Assembly (NCBI GenBank): GCA_046563655.1
Contig: JAJCTO010000010.1
Location: 682,001-746,000 of the forward strand
Origin: Yuukianura sp. NJ FZ-2021
Taxonomy: Eukaryota
Reading direction: 5' to 3'
DNA length: 64,000 nucleotides
A program made the position numbers and the translations under genes. Below the pieces are notes generated by a model that was given only the letters and a program-made list of their open reading frames with translations, did not search any database and was not told where the DNA came from. Shown here piece by piece: positions 36,599 through 50,300 of the stretch (within the stretch, counting starts at the first letter, position 1; every line of letters begins with the position of its first letter).

Positions 36599-37160
36599 AG
36601 ATAGAAATAGCATAACAGTTGTGCTAGACCTAACAAAAACTGTTGTGGAGATTTACAACGACTCAGCAAAAAGCTTAGCGTGTTGAAAACAATGCTAAAA
36701 TTTTTCCAATATTTTGAGGCAATTGAATAGATTTCGTATCAATGGATTGCAAAACAACTTAGCAGAATGCTGATGCAAAATATTGTAAACCCTGCAATTG
36801 AATGCTTAAATGACGCAGTAGTATGTTTCGAGTCGTAAATTTGGCCCCCTTAGCAATGAGAGGGATACCGCCGAAAATATCGCTTTTCATATATTGTATG
36901 AGACGCATTGAAAAAGTTTTGCATAGAAATGGCATAACAGTTGTGCTAGACCTAACAAAAACTGTTGTGGAGGTTTACAACGACTCAGCAAAAAGCTAAG
37001 GGTGTTGAAAACAATGCTAAAATTTTTCCAGTATTTTGAATCATTTGAAAAGCTTTCGTATCAATGGATTCAGAGCAACTTATTAGAATGCTGATGCAAA
37101 ATTTTGTAAACTCTGCAATTGAATGCTTAAATGACGCAGTATTATGTTTCGAGTCGTAAA
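36599..37160. repeat. 322/323-bp satellite segment
   Basis: Tandem monomers. Confidence 0.97.
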
Positions 37161-38088
37161 GAATGAGTACGATTAAGGCGTGATTTTGGGCCCCAATCCA
37201 TATGATTTCTACACAACAGCCTGGGCCCCCGATTTTTTATCTTTATTGTTGGATGGAATGCACAACCAACCACTTTTCGGGATTTGCAATGCACAAATTC
37301 CACATTTTTGGTTTTTACAATGCACAAATTCCACTTTTCGGGTTTTTGCATTGCACAAATTCCACTTTTCGGGTTCTTAGACTGCACATGGACCACCTTT
37401 CGGGAGGTTTAAGTTGCACACTTAAACTTTCGGTTTGCGGACTGAACAATTTCACAGATTTTCGGTTTTTCACAATGCACAATATCAAATTTTTGAATTT
37501 GTGCATTTCAAACTTTCAACCTTTTCCATTTTAGCACGAATCATACTAGCTTTTGGGTTTGGCATGGTGCACCTGCATACTTTGCGGTTTTTTTTTGTAT
37601 TGTAATAGTTCAAACATTTCGGTTTCTGATGTTGTACAATTTCAAACTACTTAGCTTTCAAGATGCACAATTGGCCACTTTTCGGTTTTACTACTGCGTA
37701 AATTCCACTTTTCGGTTTTTCTCCTGCACAAATCCCACTTTCGGTTTTTCTCCTGCACAAATTCCACTTTTCGGTTTTGCGTGCTGTACTATTCCGAACT
37801 TTGGCGACTTCATTTTGTTATTTCAACAGAAAACATACAAAGCAACAACTGTTGCCACGGCATTACTTCAGGATTTTTAGAGAAAGTCGAGCGTTTTAAG
37901 AAAAAAGTGCCAAAGTCTAACGTCCCTTTCGAGAAGTTTCAAATGCAAGGACTCGTTACAACATCACGAAATTTTGGCCCTTAACCGTTAAGCCTATCAT
38001 TTATCTACTGTGAAAATTTTGTTATGTTGTAAGTAGTCCTTCGTCAGATTTTTGTGGGCCCGGTTCGCTCCAATAATCGAAAGCGTCC
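37161..38088. mobile_element. Non-autonomous Spy-like DNA transposon (928 bp)
   Basis: Inserted exactly at GTAAA|TTTGG with no TSD. Degenerate 33-bp TIRs with CGATTA and GGGCCC at equal distances from both ends. Internal ~30-bp repeats TGCACAAATTCCACTTTTCGG. Confidence 0.7.
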
Positions 38089-41000
38089 TTTGGCCCCGTT
38101 AGCAATGAGAGGGATACCGCCGAAAATATCGCTTTTCATATATTGTATGAGACGCATTGAAAAAAGTTTTGTATAGAAATGGCATAACAGTTGTGCTAGA
38201 CCTAACAAAAACTGTTGTGGAGATTTACAACGACTCAGCAAAAGGCTAAGGGTGTTGAAAACAATGCTAAAATTTTTCCAGTATTTTGAATCATTTGAAT
38301 AGATTTCGTATCAATGGATTGCAAAACAACTTAGCAGAATGCTGATGCAAAATATTGTAAACCCTGCAATTGAATGCTTAAATGACGCAGTAGTATGTTT
38401 CGAGTCGTAAATTTGGTCCCGTTAGCAATGAGAGGGATACCGCCGAAAATATCGCTTTTCATATATTGTATGAGACGCATTGAAAAAAGTTTTGTATAGA
38501 AATGGCATAACAGTTGTGCTAGACCTAACAAAAACTGTTGTGGAGATTTACAACGACTCAGCAAAAAGCTTAGCGTGTTGAAAACAATGCTAAAATTTTT
38601 CCAATATTTTGAGGCAATTGAATAGATTTCGTATCAATGGATTGCAAAACAACTTAGCAGAATGCTGATGCAAAATATTGTAAACCCTGCAATTGAATGC
38701 TTAAATGACGCAGTAGTATGTTTCGAGTCGTAAATTTGGCCCCCTTAGCAATGAGAGGGATACCGCCGAAAATATCGCTTTTCATATATTGTATGAGACG
38801 CATAGAAAAAAGTTTTGTATAGAAATGGCATAACAGTTGTGCTAGACCTAGCAAAAACTGTTGTGGAGGTTTACAACGATTCAGCAAAAACTTAGGGTGT
38901 TGAAAACAATGCTAAAATGTTTCCAGTATTTTGAATCATTTGAAAAGCTTTCGTATCAATGGATTCAGAGCAACTTATTAGAATGCTGATGCAAAATTTT
39001 GTAAACTCTGCAATTGAATGCTTAAATGACGCAGTATTATGTTTCGAGTCGTAAATTTGGCCCCGTTAGCAATGAGAGGGATACCGCCGAAAATATCGCT
39101 TTTCATATATTGTATGAGACGCATTGAAAAAAGTTTTGTATAGAAATGGCATAACAGTTGTGCTAGACCTAACAAAAACTGTTGTGGAGATTTACAACGA
39201 CTCAGCAAAAGGCTAAGGGTGTTGAAAACAATGCTAAAATTTTTCCAGTATTTTGAATCATTTGAATAGATTTCGTATCAATGGATTGCAAAACAACTTA
39301 GCAGAATGCTGATGCAAAATATTGTAAACCCTGCAATTGAATGCTTAAATGACGCAGTAGTATGTTTCGAGTCGTAAATTTGGTCCCGTTAGCAATGAGA
39401 GGGATACCGCCGAAAATATCGCTTTTCATATATTGTATGAGACGCATTGAAAAAAGTTTTGTATAGAAATGGCATAACAGTTGTGCTAGACCTAACAAAA
39501 ACTGTTGTGGAGATTTACAACGACTCAGCAAAAAGCTTAGCGTGTTGAAAACAATGCTAAAATTTTTCCAATATTTTGAGGCAATTGAATAGATTTCGTA
39601 TCAATGGATTGCAAAACAACTTAGCAGAATGCTGATGCAAAATATTGTAAACCCTGCAATTGAATGCTTAAATGACGCAGTAGTATGTTTCGAGTCGTAA
39701 ATTTGGCCCCCTTAGCAATGAGAGGGATACCGCCGAAAATATCGCTTTTCATATATTGTATGAGACGCATAGAAAAAAGTTTTGCATAGAAATGGCATAA
39801 CAGTTGTGCTGGACCTAGCAAAAACTGTTGTGGAGGTTTATAACGATTCAGCAAAAACTTAGGGTGTTGAAAACAATGCTAAAATGTTTCCAGTATTTTG
39901 AATCATTTGAAAAGCTTTCGTATCAATGGATTCAGAGCAACTTATTAGAATGCTGATGCAAAATTTTGTAAACTCTGCAATTGAATGCTTAAATGACGCA
40001 GTATTATGTTTCGAGTCGTAAATTTGGCCCCGTTAGCAATGAGAGGGATACCGCCGAAAATATCGCTTTTCATATATTGTATGAGACGCATAGAAAAAAG
40101 TTTTGTATAGAAATGGCATAACAGTTGTGCTAGACCTAACAAAAACTGTTGTGGAGATTTACAACGACTCAGCAAAAGGCTAAGGGTGTTGAAAACAATG
40201 CTAAAATTTTTCCAGTATTTTGAATCATTTGAATAGATTTCGTATCAATGGATTGCAAAACAACTTAGCAGAATGCTGATGCAAAATATTGTAAACCCTG
40301 CACTTGAATGCTTAAATGACGCAGTAGTATGTTTCGAGTCGTAAATTTGGTCCCGTTAGCAATGAGAGGGATACCGCCGAAAATATCGCTTTTCATATAT
40401 TGTATGAGACGCATTGAAAAAAGTTTTGTATAGAAATGGCATAACAGTTGTGCTAGACCTAACAAAAACTGTTGTGGAGATTTACAACGACTCAGCAAAA
40501 AGCTTAGCGTGTTGAAAACAATGCTAAAATTTTTCCAATATTTTGAGGCAATTGAATAGATTTCGTATCAATGGATTGCAAAACAACTTAGCAGAATGCT
40601 GATGCAAAATATTGTAAACCCTGCAATTGAATGCTTAAATGACGCAGTAGTATGTTTCGAGTCGTAAATTTGGCCCCGTTAGCAATGAGAGGGATACCGC
40701 CGAAAATATCGCTTTTCATATATTGTATGAGACGCATAGAAAAAAGTTTTGCATAGAAATGGCATAACAGTTGTGCTGGACCTAACAAAAACTGTTGTGG
40801 AGGTTTACAACGATTCAGCAAAAAGCTTAGGGTGTTGAAAACAATGCTAAAATGTTTCCAGTATTTTGAATCATTTGAAAAGCTTTCGTATCAATGGATT
40901 CAGAGCAACTTATTAGAATGCTGATGCAAAATTTTGTAAACTCTGCAATTGAATGCTTAAATGACGCAGTATTATGTTTCGAGTCGTAAATTTGGCCCCG

Positions 41001-44000
41001 TTAGCAATGAGAGGGATACCGCCGAAAATATCGCTTTTCATATATTGTATGAGACGCATTGAAAAAAGTTTTGTATAGAAATAGCATAACAGTTGTGCTA
41101 GACCTAACAAAAACTGTTGTGGAGATTTACAACGACTCAGCAAAAAGCTTAGGGTGTTGAAAACAATGCTAAAATTTTTCCAGTATTTTGAATCATTTGA
41201 ATAGATTTCGTATCAATGGATTGCAAAACAACTTAGCAGAATGCTGATGCAAAATATTGTAAACCCTGCAATTGAATGCTTAAATGACGCAGTATTATGT
41301 TTCGAGTCGTAAATTTGGCCCCGTTAGCAATGAGAGGGATACCGCCGAAAATATCGCTTTTCATATATTGTATGAGACGCATAGAAAAAAGTTTTGTATA
41401 GAAATGGCATAACAGTTGTGCTAGACCTAACAAAAACTGTTGTGGAGATTTACAACGACTCAGCAAAAGGCTAAGGGTGTTGAAAACAATGCTAAAATTT
41501 TTCCAGTATTTTGAATCATTTGAATAGATTTCGTATCAATGGATTGCAAAACAACTTAGCAGAATGCTGATGCAAAATATTGTAAACCCTGCAATTGAAT
41601 GCTTAAATGACGCAGTAGTATGTTTCGAGTCGTAAATTTGGTCCCGTTAGCAATGAGAGGGATACCGCCGAAAATATCGCTTTTCATATATTGTATGAGA
41701 CGCATTGAAAAAAGTTTTGTATAGAAATGGCATAACAGTTGTGCTAGACCTAACAAAAACTGTTGTGGAGATTTACAACGACTCAGCAAAAAGCTTAGCG
41801 TGTTGAAAACAATGCTAAAATTTTTCCAATATTTTGAGGCAATTGAATAGATTTCGTATCAATGGATTGCAAAACAACTTAGCAGAATGCTGATGCAAAA
41901 TATTGTAAACCCTGCAATTGAATGCTTAAATGACGCAGTAGTATGTTTCGAGTCGTAAATTTGGCCCCCTTAGCAATGAGAGGGATACCGCCGAAAATAT
42001 CGCTTTTCATATATTGTATGAGACGCATAGAAAAAAGTTTTGTATAGAAATGGCATAACAGTTGTGCTAGACCTAACAAAAACTGTTGTGGAGGTTTACA
42101 ACGATTCAGCAAAAAGCTTAGGGTGTTGAAAACAATGCTAAAATTTTTCCAGTATTTTGAATCATTTGAAAAGCTTTCGTATCAATGGATTCAGAGCAAC
42201 TTATTAGAATGCTGATGCAAAATTTTGTAAACTCTGCAATTGAATGCTTAAATGACGCAGTATTATGTTTCGAGTCGTAAATTTGGCCCCGTTAGCAATG
42301 AGAGGGATACCGCCGAAAATATCGCTTTTCATATATTGTATGAGACGCATAGAAAAAAGTTTTGTATAGAAATGGCATAACAGTTGTGCTAGACCTAACA
42401 AAAACTGTTGTGGAGATTTACAACGACTCAGCAAAAGGCTAAGGGTGTTGAAAACAATGCTAAAATTTTTCCAGTATTTTGAATCATTTGAATAGATTTC
42501 GTATCAATGGATTGCAAAACAACTTAGCAGAATGCTGATGCAAAATATTGTAAACCCTGCACTTGAATGCTTAAATGACGCAGTAGTATGTTTCGAGTCG
42601 TAAATTTGGTCCCGTTAGCAATGAGAGGGATACCGCCGAAAATATCGCTTTTCATATATTGTATGAGACGCATTGAAAAAAGTTTTGTATAGAAATGGCA
42701 TAACAGTTGTGCTAGACCTAACAAAAACTGTTGTGGAGATTTACAACGACTCAGCAAAAAGCTTAGCGTGTTGAAAACAATGCTAAAATTTTTCCAATAT
42801 TTTGAGGCAATTGAATAGATTTCGTATCAATGGATTGCAAAACAACTTAGCAGAATGCTGATGCAAAATATTGTAAACCCTGCAATTGAATGCTTAAATG
42901 ACGCAGTAGTATGTTTCGAGTCGTAAATTTGGCCCCGTTAGCAATGAGAGGGATACCGCCGAAAATATCGCTTTTCATATATTGTATGAGACGCATAGAA
43001 AAAAGTTTTGCATAGAAATGGCATAACAGTTGTGCTGGACCTAGCAAAAACTGTTGTGGAGGTTTATAACGATTCAGCAAAAACTTAGGGTGTTGAAAAC
43101 AATGCTAAAATTTTTCCAGTATTTTGAATCATTTGAAAAGCTTTCGTATCAATGGATTCAGAGCAACTTATTAGAATGCTGATGCAAAATTTTGTAAACT
43201 CTGCAATTGAATGCTTAAATGACGCAGTATTATGTTTCGAGTCGTAAATTTGGCCCCGTTAGCAATGAGAGGGATACCGCCGAAAATATCGCTTTTCATA
43301 TATTGTATGAGACGCATTGAAAAAGTTTTGTATAGAAATAGCATAACAGTTGTGCTAGACCTAACAAAAACTGTTGTGGAGATTTACAACGACTCAGCAA
43401 AAAGCTTAGGGTGTTGAAAACAATGCTAAAATTTTTCCAGTATTTTGATGCAATTGAATAGATTCCGTATTAATGGATTGCAAAACAACTTAGAATGCTG
43501 ATGCAAAATATTGTAAACCCTGCAATTGAATGCTTAAATGACGCAGTATTATGTTTCGAGTCGTAAATTTGGCCCCGTTAGCAATGAGAGGGATACCGCC
43601 GAAAATATCGCTTTTCATATATTGTATGAGACGCATAGAAAAAAGTTTTGTATAGAAATGGCATAACAGTTGTGCTAGACCTAACAAAAACTGTTGTGGA
43701 GATTTACAACGACTCAGCAAAAAGCTAAGGGGGTTGAAAACAATGCTAAAATTTTTCCAGTATTTTGAATCATTTGAAAAGCTTTCGTATCAATGGATTC
43801 AGAGCAACTTATTAGAATGCTAATGCAAAATTTTGTAAACTCTGCAATTGAATGCTTAAATGACGCAGTATTATGTTTCGAGTCGTAAATTTGGCCCCGT
43901 TAGCAATGAGAGGGATACCGCCGAAAATATCGCTTTTCATATATTGTATGAGACGCATAGAAAAAAGTTTTGTATAGAAATGGCATAACAGTTGTGCTAG

Positions 44001-46217
44001 ACCTAACAAAAACTGTTGTGGAGATTTACAACGACTCAGCAAAAGGCTAAGGGTGTTGAAAACAATGCTAAAATTTTTCCAGTATTTTGAATCATTTGAA
44101 TAGATTTCGTATCAATGGATTCAGAGCAACTTATTAGAATGCTAATGCAAAATTTTGTAAACTCTGCAATTGAATGCTTAAATGACGCAGTATTATGTTT
44201 CGAGTCGTAAATTTGGCCCCGTTAGCAATGAGAGGGATACCGCCGAAAATATCGCTTTTCATATATTGTATGAGACGCATAGAAAAAAGTTTTGTATAGA
44301 AATGGCATAACAGTTGTGCTAGACCTAACAAAAACTGTTGTGGAGATTTACAACGACTCAGCAAAAGGCTAAGGGTGTTGAAAACAATGCTAAAATTTTT
44401 CCAGTATTTTGAATCATTTGAATAGATTTCGTATCAATGGATTGCAAAACAACTTAGCAGAATGCTGATGCAAAATATTGTAAACCCTGCAATTGAATGC
44501 TTAAATGACGCAGTAGTATGTTTCGAGTCGTAAATTTGGTCCCGTTAGCAATGAGAGGGATACCGCCGAAAATATCGCTTTTCATATATTGTATGAGACG
44601 CATTGAAAAAAGTTTTGTATAGAAATGGCATAACAGTTGTGCTAGACCTAACAAAAACTGTTGTGGAGATTTACAACGACTCAGCAAAAAGCTTAGCGTG
44701 TTGAAAACAATGCTAAAATTTTTCCAATATTTTGAGGCAATTGAATAGATTTCGTATCAATGGATTGCAAAACAACTTAGCAGAATGCTGATGCAAAATA
44801 TTGTAAACCCTGCAATTGAATGCTTAAATGACGCAGTAGTATGTTTCGAGTCGTAAATTTGGCCCCGTTAGCAATGAGAGGGATACCGCCGAAAATATCG
44901 CTTTTCATATATTGTATGAGACGCATTGAAAAAAGTTTTGTATAGAAATGGCATAACAGTTGTGCTAGACCTAACAAAAACTGTTGTGGAGGTTTACAAC
45001 GACTCAGCAAAAAGCTAAGGGTGTTGAAAACAATGCTAAAATTTTTCCAGTATTTTGAATCATTTGAAAAGCTTTCGTATCAATGGATTCAGAGCAACTT
45101 ATTAGAATGCTGATGCAAAATTTTGTAAACTCTGCAATTGAATGCTTAAATGACGCAGTATTATGTTTCGAGTCGTAAATTTGGCCCCGTTAGCAATGAG
45201 AGGGATACCGCCGAAAATATCGCTTTTCATATATTGTATGAGACGCATTGAAAAAAGTTTTGTATAGAAATAGCATAACAGTTGTGCTAGACCTAACAAA
45301 AACTGTTGTGGAGATTTACAACGACTCAGCAAAAAGCTTAGGGTGTTGAAAACAATGCTAAAATTTTTCCAGTATTTTGAATCATTTGAATAGATTTCGT
45401 ATCAATGGATTGCAAAACAACTTAGCAGAATGCTGATGCAAAATATTGTAAACCCTGCAATTGAATGCTTAAATGACGCAGTATTATGTTTCGAGTCGTA
45501 AATTTGGCCCCGTTAGCAATGAGAGGGATACCGCCGAAAATATCGCTTTTCATATATTGTATGAGACGCATAGAAAAAAGTTTTGTATAGAAATGGCATA
45601 ACAGTTGTGCTAGACCTAACAAAAACTGTTGTGGAGATTTACAACCATTCAGCAAAAAGCTTAGGGGTTGAAAACAATGCTAAAATTTTTCCAGTATTTT
45701 GAATCATTTGAAAAGCTTTCGTATCAATGGATTCAGAGCAACTTATTAGAATGCTGATGCAAAATTTTGTAAACTCTGCAATTGAATGCTTAAATGACGC
45801 AGTATTATGTTTCGAGTCGTAAATTTGGCCCCGTTAGCAATGAGAGGGATACCGCCGAAAATATCGCTTTTCATATATTGTATGAGACGCATAGAAAAAA
45901 GTTTTGTATAGAAATGGCATAACAGTTGTGCTAGACCTAACAAAAACTGTTGTGGAGATTTACAACGACTCAGCAAAAGGCTAAGGGTGTTGAAAACAAT
46001 GCTAAAATTTTTCCAGTATTTTGAATCATTTGAAAAGCTTTCGTATCAATGGATTCAGAGCAACTTATTAGAATGCTGATGCAAAATTTTGTAAACTCTG
46101 CAATTGAAGGCTTAAATGACGCAGTATTATGTTTCGAGTCGTAAATTTGGCCCCGTTAGCAATGAGAGGGATACCGCCGAAAATATCGCTTTTCATATAT
46201 TGTATGAGACGCATTGA
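38089..46217. repeat. 322/323-bp satellite segment (~25 monomers) with local trimeric higher-order repeat
   Basis: Variant pattern recurs every 967-968 bp (38331, 39298, 40265; 41556, 42524). Confidence 0.97.
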
Positions 46218-47267
46218 AAACAAGGTAGGGCAATGCTCAAGGGTTGAGCATAGGTCTTCTGGAGGAGTAGACAATTGATATGACTCAACCCGGTCGGCTC
46301 AAAACCGTTCAACAATTACTACCATAAGAAACCGTTTTAATGACATTCTTCTAAACAGCGCTAATAATTTTCAGCGCGGATATGAAGGTCTATTTTGTGC
46401 ATGAGTTGCCTGCATCAAAACTACGTTGATAATTTTACTGTTTAATTGCACCAAAATCATTTTCCAGTTGTAAGTTCCAAAACATCTGCACTGAAATGAT
46501 GATTCATATTTTTTGTTGAGTAAAATGCACAAATGTCAATGTTGTCATGACAATATAGCAAACACAGTGTTAACATAGCTGCACTAAAATTATGGTGTTA
46601 AACAAGTTGCACAACTATTCCGCAACTTGCTACGTAAAATGGTTTGCTTATAATGCACATTGTTTATGATAAATGTGCAATTGTTCTCAAATATGCACAA
46701 ATTGCTAATATTAACGTCCATAAACGAACGTCAAAATAACTGCCCAATTCGACATTTGTGCATCTTATTTAAGTGTGCACAAAATTAAGCGTTGAGTGGC
46801 AGGCGCCAAATATAGCTGTTTTAAAATCAAAATCGGTTCTAATGCATGCACCATGTGTTAAATCAAGTGCCTAAGCTATTCAGCCGAATATCGCTTGTTT
46901 AAATTCAAAGTTATAAAAATTTCTCAAGAAGGCAAATGAGAACCCCGCCAAGCACCGTTTACGTATTACGAATTCAAGCCGTAATTTCTACCCTCTAATA
47001 AGGCTTAATTTAACAACGTAATTAAACTAACTGTCAGAAAATGACCAGATGAAAACTTCGTTGTTTAAATATATTTTGAGTAACAATCGAGACCAAAACT
47101 GTTTTGCGGAGCCACGATACTGCGGGTACGTAAAGTAGCCGCCAACTTTTACGTTGTTAATTTAACACTTTGAGTGCTATGTAGAACTACTGAAAACTCT
47201 TGAGCCATACATAACCCACCGACTGCGATGGGGCTAATGTTTCAGTGCAATGAGTCCTAAAAAACGT

Positions 47268-47302
<35 letters not shown>

Positions 47303-47365
47303 GGACAAAGTCGTATCAATAGTCTTCTTCAGCACGTCGTAGACGTGCGTCTCCAGAAGACTAAA
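46218..47365 (-). mobile_element. HINE/DINE-1-like element, copy 4 (duplicate of copy 3)
   Basis: Near-identical to 35451-36598, with the same insertion site, flank deletion and flank SNP AATTGAAGGC. Confidence 0.9.
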
Positions 47366-50300
47366 AGATAGAAATAGCATAACAGTTGTGCTAGACCTAA
47401 CAAAAACTGTTGTGGAGATTTACAACGACTCAGCAAAAAGCTTAGCGTGTTGAAAACAATGCTAAAATTTTTCCAATATTTTGAGGCAATTGAATAGATT
47501 TCGTATCAATGGATTGCAAAACAACTTAGCAGAATGCTGATGCAAAATATTGTAAACCCTGCAATTGAATGCTTAAATGACGCAGTAGTATGTTTCGAGT
47601 CGTAAATTTGGCCCCCTTAGCAATGAGAGGGATACCGCCGAAAATATCGCTTTTCATATATTGTATGAGACGCATAGAAAAAGTTTTGCATAGAAATGGC
47701 ATAACAGTTGTGCTAGACCTAACAAAAACTGTTGTGGAGGTTTACAACGACTCAGCAAAAAGCTAAGGGTGTTGAAAACAATGCTAAAATTTTTCCAGTA
47801 TTTTGAATCATTTGAAAAGCTTTCGTATCAATGGATTCAGAGCAACTTATTAGAATGCTGATGCAAAATTTTGTAAACTCTGCAATTGAATGCTTAAATG
47901 ACGCAGTATTATGTTTCGAGTCGTAAATTTGGCCCCGTTAGCAATGAGAGGGATACCGCCGAAAATATCGCTTTTCATATATTGTATGAGACGCATAGAA
48001 AAAAGTTTTGTATAGAAATGGCATAACAGTTGTGCTAGACCTAACAAAAACTGTTGTGGAGATTTACAACGACTCAGCAAAAGGCTAAGGGTGTTGAAAA
48101 CAATGCTAAAATTTTTCCAGTATTTTGAATCATTTGAATAGATTTCGTATCAATGGATTGCAAAACAACTTAGCAGAATGCTGATGCAAAATATTGTAAA
48201 CCCTGCAATTGAATGCTTAAATGACGAAGTAGTATGTTTCGAGTCGTAAATTTGGTCCCGTTAGCAATGAGAGGGATACCGCCGAAAATATCGCTTTTCA
48301 TATATTGTATGAGACGCATTGAAAAAAGTTTTGTATAGAAATGGCATAACAGTTGTGCTAGACCTAACAAAAACTGTTGTGGAGATTTACAACGACTCAG
48401 CAAAAAGCTTAGCGTGTTGAAAACAATGCTAAAATTTTTCCAATATTTTGAGGCAATTGAATAGATTTCGTATCAATGGATTGCAAAACAACTTAGCAGA
48501 ATGCTGATGCAAAATATTGTAAACCCTGCAATTGAATGCTTAAATGACGCAGTAGTATGTTTCGAGTCGTAAATTTGGCCCCGTTAGCAATGAGAGGGAT
48601 ACCGCCGAAAATATCGCTTTTCATATATTGTATGAGACGCATAGAAAAAAGTTTTGTATAGAAATGGCATAACAGTTGTGCTAGACCTAACAAAAACTGT
48701 TGTGGAGATTTACAACGACTCAGCAAAAGGCTAAGGGTGTTGAAAACAATGCTAAAATTTTTCCAGTATTTTGAATCATTTGAATAGATTTCGTATCAAT
48801 GGATTGCAAAACAACTTAGCAGAATGCTGATGCAAAATATTGTAAACCCTGCAATTGAATGCTTAAATGACGAAGTAGTATGTTTCGAGTCGTAAATTTG
48901 GTCCCGTTAGCAATGAGAGGGATACCGCCGAAAATATCGCTTTTCATATATTGTATGAGACGCATTGAAAAAAGTTTTGTATAGAAATGGCATAACAGTT
49001 GTGCTAGACCTAACAAAAACTGTTGTGGAGATTTACAACGACTCAGCAAAAAGCTTAGCGTGTTGAAAACAATGCTAAAATTTTTCCAATATTTTGAGGC
49101 AATTGAATAGATTTCGTATCAATGGATTGCAAAACAACTTAGCAGAATGCTGATGCAAAATATTGTAAACCCTGCAATTGAATGCTTAAATGACGCAGTA
49201 GTATGTTTCGAGTCGTAAATTTGGCCCCGTTAGCAATGAGAGGGATACCGCCGAAAATATCGCTTTTCATATATTGTATGAGACGCATTGAAAGAAGTTT
49301 TGTATAGAAATGGCATAACAGTTGTGCTAGACCTAACAAAAACTGTTGTGGAGGTTTACAACGACTAAGCAAAAAGCTAAGGGTGTTGAAAACAATGCTA
49401 AAATTTTTCCAGTATTTTGAATCATTTGAAAAGCTTTCGTATCAATGGATTCAGAGCAACTTATTAGAATGCTGATGCAAAATTTTGTAAACTCTGCAAT
49501 TGAATGCTTAAATGACGCAGTATTATGTTTCGAGTCGTAAATTTGGCCCCGTTAGCAATGAGAGGGATACCGCCGAAAATATCGCTTTTCATATATTGTA
49601 TGAGACGCATTGAAAAAAGTTTTGTATAGAAATAGCATAACAGTTGTGCTAGACCTAACAAAAACTGTTGTGGAGATTTACAACGACTCAGCAAAAAGCT
49701 TAGGGTGTTGAAAACAATGCTAAAATTTTTCCAGTATTTTGAATCATTTGAATAGATTTCGTATCAATGGATTGCAAAACAACTTAGCAGAATGCTGATG
49801 CAAAATATTGTAAACCCTGCAATTGAATGCTTAAATGACGCAGTATTATGTTTCGAGTCGTAAATTTGGCCCCGTTAGCAATGAGAGGGATACCGCCGAA
49901 AATATCGCTTTTCATATATTGTATGAGACGCATTGAAAAAAGTTTTGTATAGAAATGGCATAACAGTTGTGCTAGACCTAACAAAAACTGTTGTGGAGAT
50001 TCACAACGACTCAGCAAAAAGCTAAGGGGGTTGAAAACAATGCTAAAATTTTTCCAGTATTTTGAATCATTTGAAAAGCTTTCGTATCAATGGATTCAGA
50101 GCAACTTATTAGAATGCTGATGCAAAATTTTGTAAACTCTGCAATTGAATGCTTAAATGACGCAGTATTATGTTTCGAGTCGTAAATTTGGCCCCGTTAG
50201 CAATGAGAGGGATACCGCCGAAAATATCGCTTTTCATATATTGTATGAGACGCATTGAAAAAAGTTTTGTATAGAAATGGCATAACAGTTGTGCTAGACC

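Noticed and set aside
37161..38088. Canonical Helitron (A|T insertion)
   Set aside because: Lacks 5' TC and 3' CTRR termini on either strand.
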